Shown: positions 10,388 through 23,983 of the stretch, piece by piece
Layout of the letters: every line of letters begins with the position of its first letter
Position numbering within the stretch: position 1 is the stretch's first letter
Assembly: GCF_024521635.1 (NCBI RefSeq)
Contig: NW_026250438.1
Span: 186,001-250,000 of the forward strand
From: Tricharina praecox
Taxonomy: Eukaryota
Direction: 5' to 3'
Length of the DNA: 64,000 bases
Translations under genes and position numbers: made by a program
Notes under the pieces: model-generated
What the model was told of the DNA's origin: nothing
The model's database searches: none
Seen by the model: the letters and a program-made list of their open reading frames with translations, nothing else

Positions 10388-13300
10388 GGTGGGGGGGGGG
10401 GGGTGATGGCCGGTTGCTGCGGGGATGTGCGGGGAGGATGGAGCGCGTCAACGTCCCTCTAGAGCAGCGCGGGGCAGTCCAGGAATCGAGGGTGATGGGT
10501 GGGTGGGTTAGTGGAGGGGAAGGGGAGACGGAGGAGGAGGAGATGGGAGATGGGGGAATGGAGATGGGGGGACGGAGGATGAGGAAGAGGAAGAGGAAGA
10601 GGAGTCGGTTCTCAAACTGCGGGACAGCGGTCCAAATAAAGAGAGCAGAACTGCGGAGAAAGAAGCAAGGAAACAGGGAAGACTTTTGGCTCCTCCTTCG
10701 CAGCTGGCTTGCATGCAAGCTGGTACTCCGCTTTCTGATGCTTGCTTGGTTGCTTGCTGCGGAAAAAACGCAAGTGCAGGAAGACGTGGATACGGGGGGG
10801 AGGAGGGGCACGACGGGATGAGGAGAACGGCACGGAGCTCAGTTCGCCTCCTCCACTACCCCTCCACCTCGAAAGCCATCCCACCTTTCTTGACATCACG
10901 CCCATATTCAGATTGCGTGCAGGTACTATCAACGTGCATGGGGGGGTAAGGTAAGGTGAGTGGGGAGCAGGAGCGGCATCGATTATTGGCCGCAGCGGTA
11001 GCAGCAACTCAGTAGTGGCAGTAGTGGCAGCAGTAGCAGCAGTAGCAGCGCATTTAGACACTTAGCAGCATCGTAGCTAGCAAGCAGTAGCTGCCAGCCA
11101 CGCCAGCTGTAGAGTCCACGATCCCCAGGAATACCATACCTACATGCTCTACAGGCAAGCAAGACGCAGCTTAGCTGTCAGATCGATATCTTGAAGCAAG
11201 TGATCATGATATGGCCAACTATGTACATATCCTCAAGCCGCAGTGCTAGTTGACACCAGTGCAAGTGTAAGTGCGAGTAGACGATACCTGTGTACACCAA
11301 GATACCGGTGGGAGGGGGAAAAAGGGACCAGGGCAGGACAGGGCAAGCCATCCCCGTCGCCCCTGCTCTCCTCTCCTCCGTCCCCCTTCCCCGACGGGAG
11401 AAGAAGGATCGGACAGAGACTTCAGGCAGATAACTTATCTGGACGGGGTCGCCCAGCAACTATCTACCACCGGTCAAGGGATTGTTTCGTTTGTGTATAC
11501 GGGATAAACTATGATCGACGGTTGCCCCCCGACAGTTGCAAACGAAACCCCTACCACCGTGGTGTGTCCGGCGCGGGGTATATGCGGGGTATGTAGCTCT
11601 TCGGGCGGCGCAAGCTGTGAAGGATGGTGGTGGTGGTGGTGGTGGGCTGGATCGAAAAGAATGCGCCTGTCATCCCTGCAAATGGCCCACAACGCACGCC
11701 AAAACCGCTCTTGGCCCCGCTTACTCACGGGAAACGGCGTGGCAGAGGTGTAGTCAATCAACGCTATCTTGACCGATCAATTCCCACAGCCATAGTAACC
11801 GCGGGAGCCCGAGCATTGAATCACTACGGTGGATGGTGGGGGGAGGCGTCGGCCGGCCATCGAGAAAACGGCGTGAGTGGGATGGCGTCGATGGGCGTCG
11901 TTGGGCGCTGCACGTCCAGAGAAGTCTGTTCGCAGGAGAGCTCCGTTCGGATGGCTGCAGCGAGAGAAAACTCTGTCCGGCAAGTAGAAAGAAGGAGATC
12001 CGGATGGGAGGGGGGGATTGGATTATGAAGAAGATCGCCAGGGCGCTGGGATAAGCCGTCGCTTTTGGAGCCGAATTTCGGTATTACGCGGAGTATACGG
12101 TAGTACATATAGCACCCAAGTAGGTGGAGCAGAGTGCGGAGGTGAAAGAACGAAAGAAAGCTGGCTGGCTGGCATGCTTGGCGGGCAGGTTCAAAACACG
12201 TCCGGGACCCACCCGGAAGAAGCAAGGTGTCGATCGACGACGGAAAAGAGGAGCGAGACTCGAGAGGAATGCCCTCCCAGATGGGAAACGAAACATCGTC
12301 AACATGTAAATACGAAGTAAGTAAGCATGTAGCGTACGAGTGCGCGCAGCGGATTCACGTTCCGAACCGTGCAATCTCGCGCGGAAGGGGGGAGGTGGTG
12401 GGGGGCTAGGTACTCTAAGATACCTAATGCAAGTCGACGATCTCGGGGGCGGATGGATGATAGGACAGGACGTGGTTTCAGGCGGAATGCGGATGCAGGC
12501 GGTAATGTCTGATCTGTCTCGCCTGGTGAAAATCGCTACGGGAGCGGGAGAGAGTCGCCCGGCGGTAGTGGCGGCTGCATTGGCGCGGGAGTTCGAGTCA
12601 AAGCTTCGAGGTTCAAGGCTCGAGCTCCTCCTCCATCACCCGCGCGTTTGTCTGTCCGGACGGACGAGCAGTCCAAGATCTCGTCGGTGAGTGCGGAGAG
12701 AGGAGAGCTTGTCGAGACCTGGGTGGGACCTGGTAATTGGGGAGAGAGACCTTGCATAGACCTGGTGGGACCAAGTGTTATGCATGGAGGGGAGACGCGA
12801 TGTGGTCGTTGAACGTTGAAACATTTTCTGTTGCTGCTTTTCTGTTCTTACTGTCGCTCCCTCCGTTGTTCAACACCACAGATGTTCCCAAAAGTTCATA
12901 GACCTCTTTTCTTTCTTCACATCTACGTACACCCAGAAACCCCCAAGCTTCAACGAGCTTCAAAAGAAAACCGCCAACGACTCCAAGCCCTAAGCTCCAG
13001 CCTCCAGATCGCACACCCCAGGCACAGTGAGTGACTCCGTACTTTCAGCTCCGGGCATTGGGCATTGGGCCTCAGGTTCATGGCCAGAACACCCCCCTCC
13101 TCAGGCAAAATCAACAGCTTCGGCCGCCTAGCTGTCCCAAGTGACAAGTCTCATGGCCACCGATTCACCATCACCATCACCAAACGCTGATGACTCTCTC
13201 CCAGCCTTCTTAACCTATTCGAGCCTCGTCTGTTCACTCTCTCCCCCTCCCACCCTGGCCCTCGGGACGACAGAATGACACGGAATCACGATTCACGGAT

Positions 13301-14342
13301 GGCCTGAGATGACGCATTCCCACTCTCCACTCCCCTACCCAGCAGCAGCGTGCGATCACGAACGAAATCCTCGTCCAACACACACACACACATACACACA
13401 CATCGATACGTTGCACAGCCACAGCCACAGCCTGCCCACCTATGTAGAGTACCGGGCTCCCGAGTCCGAACCGACTATTCTATTCTGTTCATGTTGCGTA
13501 GCAACCGCTAATTAGTGCACACTTACGTGGAGTACCTATGGTACAAGGCAGGCACCCGCGAACCATCCACCCACCATCCATCCACCATCCATCCACCATC
13601 CATCCACCCACCACCCACCACCACCCAGCACTGATGCTAGCTTCTCTAGCTAGCCACGGTAGCTCTCGGCGACTATATAATACACATACATATACTTACG
13701 CGGCAGCCAGCGATGCTCGCACTGGCACCGGCATCGATAGATAAACCCCGATCTCTCCCCCACGGTTTCTGCCACCTTTTCACCTTCGTCTCATCAGCGT
13801 ATTGGCCAGCCCTGTGTGCCAGCGCAGCAGTCGTAGTCGCAGTCGTCGTTGCAGCGGAGTGTTCATCCCGGCCGTCCTAGGTAGTCATCACCAAGTTCCA
13901 ACCGGCCGTAGGCGCACCGTACCGTACATACTGTAGGCATTGTACAAGCCCCTCCCTCCGTCATGTCCTGTCATGTCCCCCTCACATCAGCCCACTGTTG
14001 ACTGTTCAGCCCCTCTCCTCATCCTCACCATCCTCGGACTTCTCCCCATCATCCTCACCCATCACCTTCATCCTCGCAACCGTTCGCTCACATGCACATC
14101 GCGCACTCCGCATTAAATCGCATCCAAAAACAAAACCTCTTTTTTCCCCTCCCTCAATACCCCCCCCCCCCATCGACCCATCGATCACACCCCCCACCAC
14201 TTCCATCACCACTTCCATCCCCATCTCCATCCCCACCCCCGATCTACCACCCCACCGAGAGCTTACCGCAATTATAGTAAAAATGTTGATGCCCTGCGGA
14301 TTTATAGATACAAAAAAAAGACACAAAAAGGACAAAAAATAA

Positions 14343-14405
14343 CCCCCCAGGTTTCCTCCCAAATTTCTCCCCAGGTTTCCTCCCAAATTTCTCCCCAGGT
14401 TTCCC
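14343..14405. repeat. 24-bp tandem repeat (about 2.5 copies)
   Basis: ccccaggtttcctcccaaatttct repeated. Confidence 0.8.
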
Positions 14406-14569
14406 GCCTTACGCATTCGCACTCGCGCTCGCATTCGCACCCGCGCTTACGCTTACGCTCACCAACCCCATCGCACTCGCGCTCACCATCACCATCGCAT
14501 ACTTAAGTAGCGACGCAACGAAAAGGCCGAAATAAATGGCAGCAGTACCAATACTGGTAACAATAACAC

Positions 14570-14760
14570 TATATGCATCTATATCTGCACCTGTATCTGT
14601 ATCCCCATCTGCATCTATACTCGCTTCATTGTTGGATGAGCGAGTATGCATCTGTATGTGCATCTGTCCGTAATCTGTATCTGTATCTGTATCTGTAATC
14701 TGTATCTTTAATCTGTCTGTAATCTGTATCTGTAATCTGTCTGTATCTGTATCTGACATC
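14570..14760. repeat. Degenerate (TCTGTA)n microsatellite
   Basis: Directly visible tandem tctgta/atctgt units. Confidence 0.8.
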
Positions 14761-15908
14761 CGTACCAGTGTACTCACTGTACCCAACTGTCCCCAACTTC
14801 CAACAGTACCCAACTGTATCCGCCTCCATATCCAAATCCGTATCCAACCCCAGATCACACTCACTCGCCCACAAGAACGAAAAAAGAAGAAGAAATAACA
14901 ACAAGAAGCGAAATGGTAGCACCGTATCACAATAAATAAAAAGTAAATATTATCCAAAAAAAACAGCCGCCGGAGAGAGTGCCCAAAAACCAACCAAACC
15001 AACCAAACCATTCACCCACAGCCCGCCACCGTCCCAAAAACAAAAGACGAAAAAAGGGAAACCAAAAGCACAAAGGAAAACCGAAAGCAAAAGTAAAAAA
15101 ACATAATAAATAAATAAGTAAAAGGTAAAATCACAGCAGTTTTTGGAGCAGACAACGTTATGTGTGTGTGTGTGTATGATCTCGATGGTGATGTGATGTA
15201 AAATAAAAAAATATAACCCTTGAATTGGACACAAGCCGAGTCCCGATTCCCGATTCGCAATCGAATGAAAAAAGAAAGAAAAATGAAAGAAAGAAAACTG
15301 CAAAGGAAAGTTAAAAAACGAGAAGAAAAAAAGGAAAAGAAAAAGAACAAAAGAAACGAAAACTGAAAGGCAACGAAAAGAAAGGAAAGAAAAGAGAAAG
15401 AAAAAAAAAACCTATACACAGCATTGCATTGCGAGTGCTCACAAAGTCCCCTCGCCAAAACTCCGGATGCTCGAATAAAACACAAAAAAAAAAGGCCGAG
15501 GAATAAAATACGGTAAGGAAACACAAAAAAAAGAGCTCAAGTGAAGAAGAAGAAAAATGAAAGAGTTTCAATGCAGTGGGTAAAGGAAAGGAAACTAAAA
15601 AAAGGTTGGTTGATGGTGATGGTGGAAACGACGAGTTGTGACCGTGCGGGTGATGGAAAACCGAAAGAAGAAAAAAAAAGGTAAGAAAACGCTACTATGC
15701 ATGCAATTGCAGTAATACACAAGAAGTCACCCCTAACAACCGGAATGCCCCCCCGAAGCTGTCTGGCCCATGATGGTCGATTCGTTATGCGATACTGAAT
15801 GCGTCTCGTATAGTAGAGCCGACAGAACAGGACCAACCCCCATCACTCGCCCCCAAAAAGCAAGTAACAGGTGCCCCCCCCCCGCCCACGCCGCATCAAA
15901 CCAGAGAA

Positions 15909-17345
15909 TTATAGTATACCAGAGTCTTTTAGGGCGTTTTGTAATATCGTCTCCTTGACCGCCGCGAACACCAATCGGATGTTGGATGTATCGGTGGCTT
16001 GTGTCAGGCTATGGCAGGCATCAGCGATATGTGGTCGAGAACAAAAACATGTAGATACATACTGAGGATACAGGTTGAGGTGGGCCCGGTTGACTTGATT
16101 GAATCGCCACAAAAGGTACTTGGCGGCACGGTTGACATCGTTTCCACCCGAGTAATCGGGGAAGTAGTTGGACAACGGACTTCGTGCAAGTTTGACTTTG
16201 AACAGATCCACCTTGTTGAGGAAGAGGATGATACTCGTTCGGACGAACCAACGACTGTTCACCACCGAGTCGAACAACACTAAACTTTCCATCATCCGGT
16301 TCTGGAATAGGTTAGCAAATGGGCGAGCTGCAGGTGGTGGTGGGGGTTAATGGCGATGCGATCGGTAGACGGACCTGGTTCTTCTCCTCGAGTAGGACCT
16401 GATCGTACTCGCTAAGTGCCACGCAGAAAATGATCGACGTTACTGCTTCGAAGCAGTGGATCCACTTTTTCCGTTCACTCCGCTGTCCGCCCACATCGAA
16501 CATGCTAAAAGGTTACAAGTCAGGACAACACATCTCAAAACTCTCCCGGCGTCGGCGTCCACTAACTGTATGCTCAACTGGCCCATCGAAAATCGAGTTT
16601 CGTATATACCAGTCGTCTTGGTTCGAGCGCGCAACACATCCGACTCCGTGGGAATGTAATCTTTGTGGCCTATTCGGGGGGCTTCGTCGAAGAAACTGAC
16701 GCGAGAAACATTATGTGAGCGAGTGCGGTCAACCAGCCGGAGCAGCGATTCACTTACTATGGCGCCGAATCCATCAGGTAGAACTCGTTCTGATGCTCCA
16801 TGATCTTTGGAATGCAGGGGTCCTTCCACAACGCCACCACCGCAGCTGCTATCCTCGGATCGAGCGGGAGCGTCGGATCCGGGTCGACCTGGAATTCGAG
16901 GATGGACTCGGCGTGCGCCTGAACCAATACTCAGTCAAAGTGCTTCGGAATATCCTCCCCTGACGGAGAAACGCCTACCTTGTTCGTCGTTCCTTCCGGC
17001 TCGATGTTGAACTGTCGCAACGCCTGCACCAGAGTCTTCGCACAATCGACGAGGTTCTTGTATATCGTCAGACGATACATGGCGAGTTCGTCGACCGAAT
17101 AGCCGTTCTGATGGATGATCTTCATCTGCTTCACGATTGTCGATTTACCACTCTCGCCGGATCCTATCAACAGTCAGAAAAAAAAATGTCATCGATAACC
17201 TCCCCTTGCTGAATCATTCTCCCTGCTCACCCAGCAACAAGATCTTGCATTCTCGCCGGTTTCGTTTGGAATGTTCGTCGATCTCTTTGTCAATCAGCGC
17301 ACTCTTGCGACTCTCTTCGCTCTCTGTGGACATGCATGCACCCAT
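15909..17345 (-). CDS. ganB: Heterotrimeric G-protein alpha subunit, group III (GanB/GNA-3/Gpa2 type, cAMP pathway)
   Basis: MGACMS lipidation N-terminus, [48 protein letters not shown] and the group III C-terminus LKDSGIL. Confidence 0.95.
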
Positions 17346-20300
17346 GTTGGCAGTGTGTATATGTGTGTTTGGTGTGTATGTTGAACTGGCGGTTACTATT
17401 AAACGGAGTTCGAAAAACCAGTAGCCCGTACGGTAGCGCAGTCCTTCAAGGCGTCTGCAAAATTATGGTGATGAGCAACTGGACCCTGGGGGCGAAAGGT
17501 AAATGCTTCGCTTGTGGTGGAACACTGGACGCCAGGAGTCGAAGGTGGTTGCTTGTTGCACAGTCGAGAACTCTGTCGTGTCGGGAGGGGGGGTGTTGTA
17601 CCACGGTCCAGCCGGCGGAGAAAGAAGTCGTAAGAATTATCGGGGGAACCCGTACGTGTCGACGAGGCCTTCGCAAAGATCTCTCCCTTTATGTTTGGCT
17701 CCAAACAACACAGCTATCCGTTGAAACGAGCGGGGCGCGCGTACGGAGGGGAGCTGAGAGTATGTCGCGGGGTTTTTCTGTCGTAAAAGAGATTCGCGAG
17801 GAAGGACAAGTTCGTTATTATCGTAGGGGTGTACGCCCGGTGTGGAGGAGGTGGACGACGAGGGGAGGTGGAGGTAGAGGTAGTGGTGGTGGTCGAGGTT
17901 GGTGGTGGAGAGGAGAGTGGTGGTGGTCGAGGTGGTCGAGGTGGTGGTGGTGTTGGAGGTGGTGGTTGTAGTGGTGCTGATGTGTGTTGGTGGTAGAGGG
18001 TGTGTTGTGTGGAGGTTAGTGTTACAAACGGGGTTGGAATTAACGGATGAGCTGGGGGGGTGGTGGTGGGTAGTGGTAAGTGGTAGTTGGTAGAGAGAGG
18101 GTGGAGAGTCGGGTCGAGGTACGGGAGGATCGACGAGGAAGGTCTGCAGCCCGTTTCAGGTGACGGCGTTTCGTGAGGCTAGGTTTGGCAAAACAACGTG
18201 AATGCGGTCGTCTCTTCGTAGTATATGCAGAGGTCTTTCCCGCTCCTTGGGGGGGCTCTGACGACAGGTCCGCCAGTGTGTTGTCACTCGTAACCGTCGG
18301 TCATCCACAGGAGAGCGGCAACAACCTGCTCTCGAGGCTCTTAAGAAGCGATACGGGGGGTGGTGGAGGTGTTTGGCTGCAGCGACGAGGGCGACAGAGA
18401 GAAAGCGGCGGGGGGGAGGGGGCGAGTAAGAAGATAAGCAGTGTATGTATCGAATGGACGGGCCGGATGGGTATAGGGGGCAGAAGCTGCCGGGTAGGGA
18501 AGCGTTGTCGAGATGGTAAAGGCGGGAGGAAGGTGGGAGAAGAAGAAGTCGTGGACCGCGTGTTCGGAACAGTCTGTGCACGACTCTTGGCTTTTCTACA
18601 AATAACGACAAGCGAGTTGCGTAGGTAAGAGATTATGGAGCGTGAGGATTATGTGTATGTGTGTATGATACTGCTGGCTATTGTTCGCAGGGCTGAGTTG
18701 TGGGGGGTGGATTGGTGTGGGAGTGGGAGTGGGAGTGGGAGAGTGTAAGAGTGAGCGGTGAGCGGTGCGCGGCAAAGCGGGTTCACGTTGGGCGGCTCGG
18801 ACGCGATTTCGGAGAGGCGCCACCAGCAGGAGGGGAGAGCAGAACGGGAGGGGGGAGGATTCGGAGGTGGCACGTTAGTGGTGATGCTTGTGATAGAGGT
18901 CGAGTGGAGGAGAGGTCGAGCGGTGGTTGCGGAGGGAGGTACGGGCTCTGACGGTGGGCGGATGGGTGGTGGGCGGTGGGTAGTGGTGGTGGGTGGTGCT
19001 GGTGGTGGTGGTGCTGGTGGTGGTGGCGGTGACGGGCCACTTTACTCTAGTCTGGCGAGAAGAAGCGGGACGGAGGGCTGTCGAACAAAGAAACGGCGAC
19101 GGACCGGGCATGTGTAGGGGGGGGGGGGGCAGAGACGAAGAAGTTGGCGAGGCGAGGTGAGGCGAAGCGTGGCGTGGCGGTCTGGGGTGTAAATGTGGTT
19201 AACTCACTCTACTGTACTTTACTTTACTTCTAAGACGGGCGTCGCTGTGGGCTGGCCTGGCCGCAAGGCAGGCAGAGGCAAGGTCGTCGAGACCAAGCAG
19301 GGCAGCAAGCGTTCAGTGTGTGCGCGAAAGAAAAAAATCGAGAAAATCGAGAACGAAAAATCAACAAGGGAATGGGATCGCCCAACACGGGAAAAAAAAA
19401 TTGGGTTCGATGGACGCCGGAGAGTTCTGTCAGAACGGTAGGCAGGAATTCGGCAAGCAGGCAAGCAGCCAAAGCAAGGCAGGGCAGCAGATCTTCACTC
19501 GCTCGTCTCGTCTCGTCTCGTGGGCAGGCGAATCGCGATGGCCGATTAGTCGGGGTGCGGTGCGGTGGAGTTAGTTGCAAGTTAGTGTGGTGCACTCGGC
19601 GTGCTAAGAGGTAGACACTTGGAGTCTTGGAGAACCTGCACACAGTCGGCATCTCTTTGGTTCAAAAGGCCTGTGATGAGCCTTCACTCTGCTATATGCA
19701 TCGCGAAACGTGGAACCCCCAAACGAGACACTCAATCCGACGGCAGTAGGCGGTGCTGGAGGAAGAAGAAGAGAACTCTCAGCTCAGCTCTCGGCAGCCG
19801 CCGGTATGTACTTCATTCACCTCTCAGCTCAGCTCTCCACAGCCTCCGGCATGCATGTATGCATACTTCCACCGCAACCACAGCCCGATATCTACCGTAG
19901 TCGGAGTCTGACTGGCAGAGAAACGTTGCCGAATCAATCGCGAAGCAATCGCCCACATGAACCGAAAAACCAACGAACCCCCAAATGGGAACCGGATCTA
20001 TTCCGACCCGAGCCAACGAACAGTTGAAACTCGGATGATTGGGGAGACGATCATGATCAACCGAGTAACTACTCTACCTAACCACCATCACCAACCACAG
20101 TAGGCGAAGTGCCTCTGGCTGGCGGTTGGGAAGTGGTCGTCGCGAGTCGGCGCAATTTTGCCGGAATGGGTTGCCCGGCTCGGCTCTTCCGGCCGTCAGG
20201 ATGGATGGATTCTTTTCAATGCGACCACGCTAGCTAGACTGCTCGATGTTGAAGACCAATGGTTAGGTAAGTCGGAAAGTGCATATAGCATTGAAGTCAT

Positions 20301-22271
20301 CCATCCGATAGGTATCGTGTCGACCTCACTCCACGCGGAGAAGTTCGTCGGTCCCCGTACGTTTGCTGTAGATAGTTACATGTGTACTTATACACGTCCG
20401 GTCACCGTCTCGCGTGCTCGAGAGACCCCACGACTTGTGCCCGGATTGTCGGGAACGATACCCTATGCATACGCTGCGTCCAATTTCCTTTCAGCAAAGA
20501 TCCCAACTCCCAGCTCCCAACTCGCTGCCTGCGGATCCTGCAGAGGCCTGGGTACGGTATGCAGGAGATTTTGGATGCTGCCGCTGCTGTAAAAGCTTGT
20601 ATTACCTCGCACACGCAACCCGCTCAGTCCGTTCAGCCCGGCTTCGAATGGCTGGCTTTTCACGGCTGGCTGGCTGGCTGGCTGGTTGGCTATGCGGATC
20701 ACTGGCTGTAGATCACTGGCCGCGGTACGGTGTCCATCGGGTGCGGCGGCATCGTCGGGCTCCTTCCAGGCTCCCACGCTGACCGACCTGCGGTCTCCTC
20801 GCAGCAGCGGTCTACGATGCATATGTCCCCTCGGCACGCTTCACGCTTCGTACATGAGCAAGCGAATTCAAGTTCCGTAGAGTATCGACACTGGGCAGGC
20901 GCGCTGCTGCCGCCGCCGCCGCCGCCGCCGCGGGAGCGGAGCGGCGTTGACGATGCCGATGACGACAGAGAATTACGTACGCATTGTGTAGTTGCCATCC
21001 CACTCCACCAACCTCCAGGCACCTCTGTCCTCAGTTGGAATCACTAGTCAGGTTACCAACTCTATTCTGGGTTGCACTCACGGAGGCAGGCCACAAATTA
21101 TCCCGATCAACGGGTTGCAACGGGTTGGAACTTTGTTTTGCGCGAGCATATGCCTTTCCTTTCTTGTTTTTGTTTTTACCGAAGGTAGGTAGGATCGCGC
21201 TCGTGATAGTTACATAACCTACATACATGATTTAGTCATTCACTTTGACGAGCCGAGCTGCACCTGAAGGCTGCGAAAACTCGGTACCGACTCGGGAATC
21301 GGGAATCGGGAGTCGGGATCGAAATCGATGGACGGATGGATGGCGGATTGCAGATGGCTGGCGGCCCCCCCCCCTTCGTGGGCTCTACGTACGGTGCATC
21401 TACTCTACCTAGGAGGTATGTATGATATGTACTCTACATAGGCTTCTCGTGCAGTGCAGTGCAGGCTGCGCAGAGCAGCGCCGCCCACGTTCGTTCGGAC
21501 GAACCCATATCGCACGGCCGCTGGGTACTCTATGTACTCAACTCTATCCCCCAGCGCGAAGCATGCGGAGCGGACCATGGCATCAACCATTACCCATTTC
21601 CATTGCCATTGCCCGTTGCCATCCGCCCGCCCGCCCGCCCTCGCGCACAAAAGCAACATCTTCCAACTCGTTACAGAGCTCCCCTCGCTCGCACCCACCC
21701 ACTCCGCATAAATCCCCATTCCCGATCAATTCACACTGCCCACTCCCCACAAGATTTCCAAAACATCTAGAAATAAGACTTTTTTTTTGGGGGGGGGGGT
21801 GGAGCGCCGAATCCTGATGAATTGAGGTTTATGGCCGAGGGGGCGGGGGGCGGTACTCCCCGACCCCTTGTTTCTCCACGGGGGAAAAACAAAACAGACT
21901 TCGAATTTCAAAAAGTCTTCACGGAGTTTGCCGTCTTGTGGTGGGTGGGTGGCAGTGGCATGTGGCTTGGGCATGGGATATCACTCGCGTAGACTAGGGG
22001 CCCCCTTTTGTTTGGGTTTTGTTTTTCCAGAGCTAGGTAGGTGGGGGGATATGTAGGGGAAGGGGTAAGGGGGGGGGAGGTCGTTTTGATGTCGAAGCAT
22101 TATTCCTGAAGAATTTGGGTTCGGCTATTCACAGTGACACTGTCGTGAATGTGCTTGCCAATACCTATTCGCTTGGACCCCTGACCAGACCAGACTACAC
22201 CGTCGATCACAATGTGTCACTCAGAAACGTGGAATCTCCCCACAGGCTCAATCCCCTCCCCAACGCCCTTA

Positions 22272-22330
22272 TTCGCCATAGTCTGGATAGGCTGCATGCG
22301 AAATAAATTGAAGATATCTCTCTCCCTCTC
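22272..22330 (+). mobile_element. Retroposon-like 3' tail module, copy 2
   Basis: ttcgccatagtctggataggctgcatgcgaaataaattgaagatatctctctccctctc; near-identical to the reverse complement of 1943-1998. Confidence 0.6.
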
Positions 22331-22787
22331 CCCAAGGCCCATCCCCCAGGCTCAATTGGCAAAGCACCGCAGTAATCCAACTAGATACCAGGTATGTAGC
22401 CAGAGGCTCAGAGATGGCTGGATGGCTGTGGGATGGGATGGGATGGGACGCCCGGACTAGGTGTGTAGATATCTAGGCACTCCAGAAATTCCAGAGTGGT
22501 ATGTAACTAGGTGCCACTCCGTCGGATTTCATCTAGGATTTTGGGTGCACGTTGATCCTGTGATCTGATTTGGTAGATTTGGTGATATGGTAGTTATATC
22601 GATTGGCGTCGGTAGGTAATTGTACTTCGCCGCCACAGAACCCGCCATTCCGTTTGCCAGCTGTCCAGGCATATAGATACCTACGGGTACGGGTACGGAC
22701 CGAACGCCCTGGCCTCTCCACGAGCGTTTGAGCACGCGAGTTACAGACGCCCTATACCGGTAGTATATACAACCCGGAAGGCAATGT

Positions 22788-22903
22788 AATGATAGTAATG
22801 ATACCTAGTAATGACAGTAACGATGGCAATGATAGTAATGACAGTAATGACAGTAATGACAGTAATGATAGTGATGATAATAACGATGGTAATGATGGTA
22901 ATA
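22788..22903. repeat. 9-bp minisatellite (GAYAGTAAT)n
   Basis: Tandem gatagtaat/gacagtaat/gatggtaat units. Confidence 0.8.
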
Positions 22904-23983
22904 ACAACAGGTAGTTACTGTACCTATGGTATCCAACTGGCTGGTTGATATGTCTGCGCACGGGTATTGGCGACGCCCGTGTCCTCCAGGGACTCGAAGA
23001 TGGCGACGGAAATTGCCATCTACTTACCTATGGAATCGCCGACTTTGTGCTTCGCCGATGCCGGGCTCGAGATTGCTTCCAAGAATCCAAGTTCCAAGTT
23101 CCGGTCCCTGCGGCTGGGGAATTCCAATTCCCGGCGACTGGATTGCGGTTGCGGTTGTGGTGGCCAGTGCAAGACATGGACAAAGAAGAAAAGAAAAAAG
23201 GAAGGGGAGTGAAATGGCAAATGGCAGACTCTGGGTAACTCGACTTTCATTTCGAGACGGCTCGAGATATTTATGGTAGAAGTAGTGTGAATAATTACAG
23301 GCAGGTACAATAGCAATCAATGCTTATTACCAGGCGTCACCCGCTCTCCCAGACTCCCACCACCGCCCCCCCCCCCCCGGATACCAACCCACCCCAGCCG
23401 AAAGCTCTCACTTCCACGCGTGATCCTCGGTTGTTTTCCCCGGCAAAGCCCACCTACGGGCCGAAAACGCGACAGATAGATACACCTACTTCCTACTAGT
23501 TACTAGTAGTAGCAATGGAACCGTTACAAACACCCGGCTGGCATGTATCTACCAGTACTCCACTCTACATACTGGCTGTACAACATAGAGTAGGTAGAGT
23601 AGGTAGAGTATGTAGAGTATGTAAGGGGCCCTGCAATATCAATAGCTATATCGGCGACATGTAAGAAGTAAGGACAGGTAGCATCTTTCTTTCGTTCTTT
23701 CTTTGTGAGGTGAGCTGAGGCAGGAACGGCACGACGGTGCCAATCACTGCCGGTTTGGAAAGTGAAGTGAGCCCCTCGTCTGCATGCAGTTGCGGGTCGT
23801 ATATAGAATGATAATAATAATAATAATTTCAACTTAAACAACCCCTCTCTCTTCCCTTCATTCTTCTTCCTCTTCTCATTCCACTCCACATTGTCGTTGC
23901 TGGCCATTACATCTGTACGATACCTCGAGCCTCCCCACCACCCCACAGATCCACAGACGTCAGACGGAACACAAAAACCCAGC

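Noticed and set aside
14409..15836. Several Phe/Leu-rich - strand ORFs resembling membrane proteins
   Set aside because: Translations of poly-T and microsatellite DNA downstream of the G-alpha gene.
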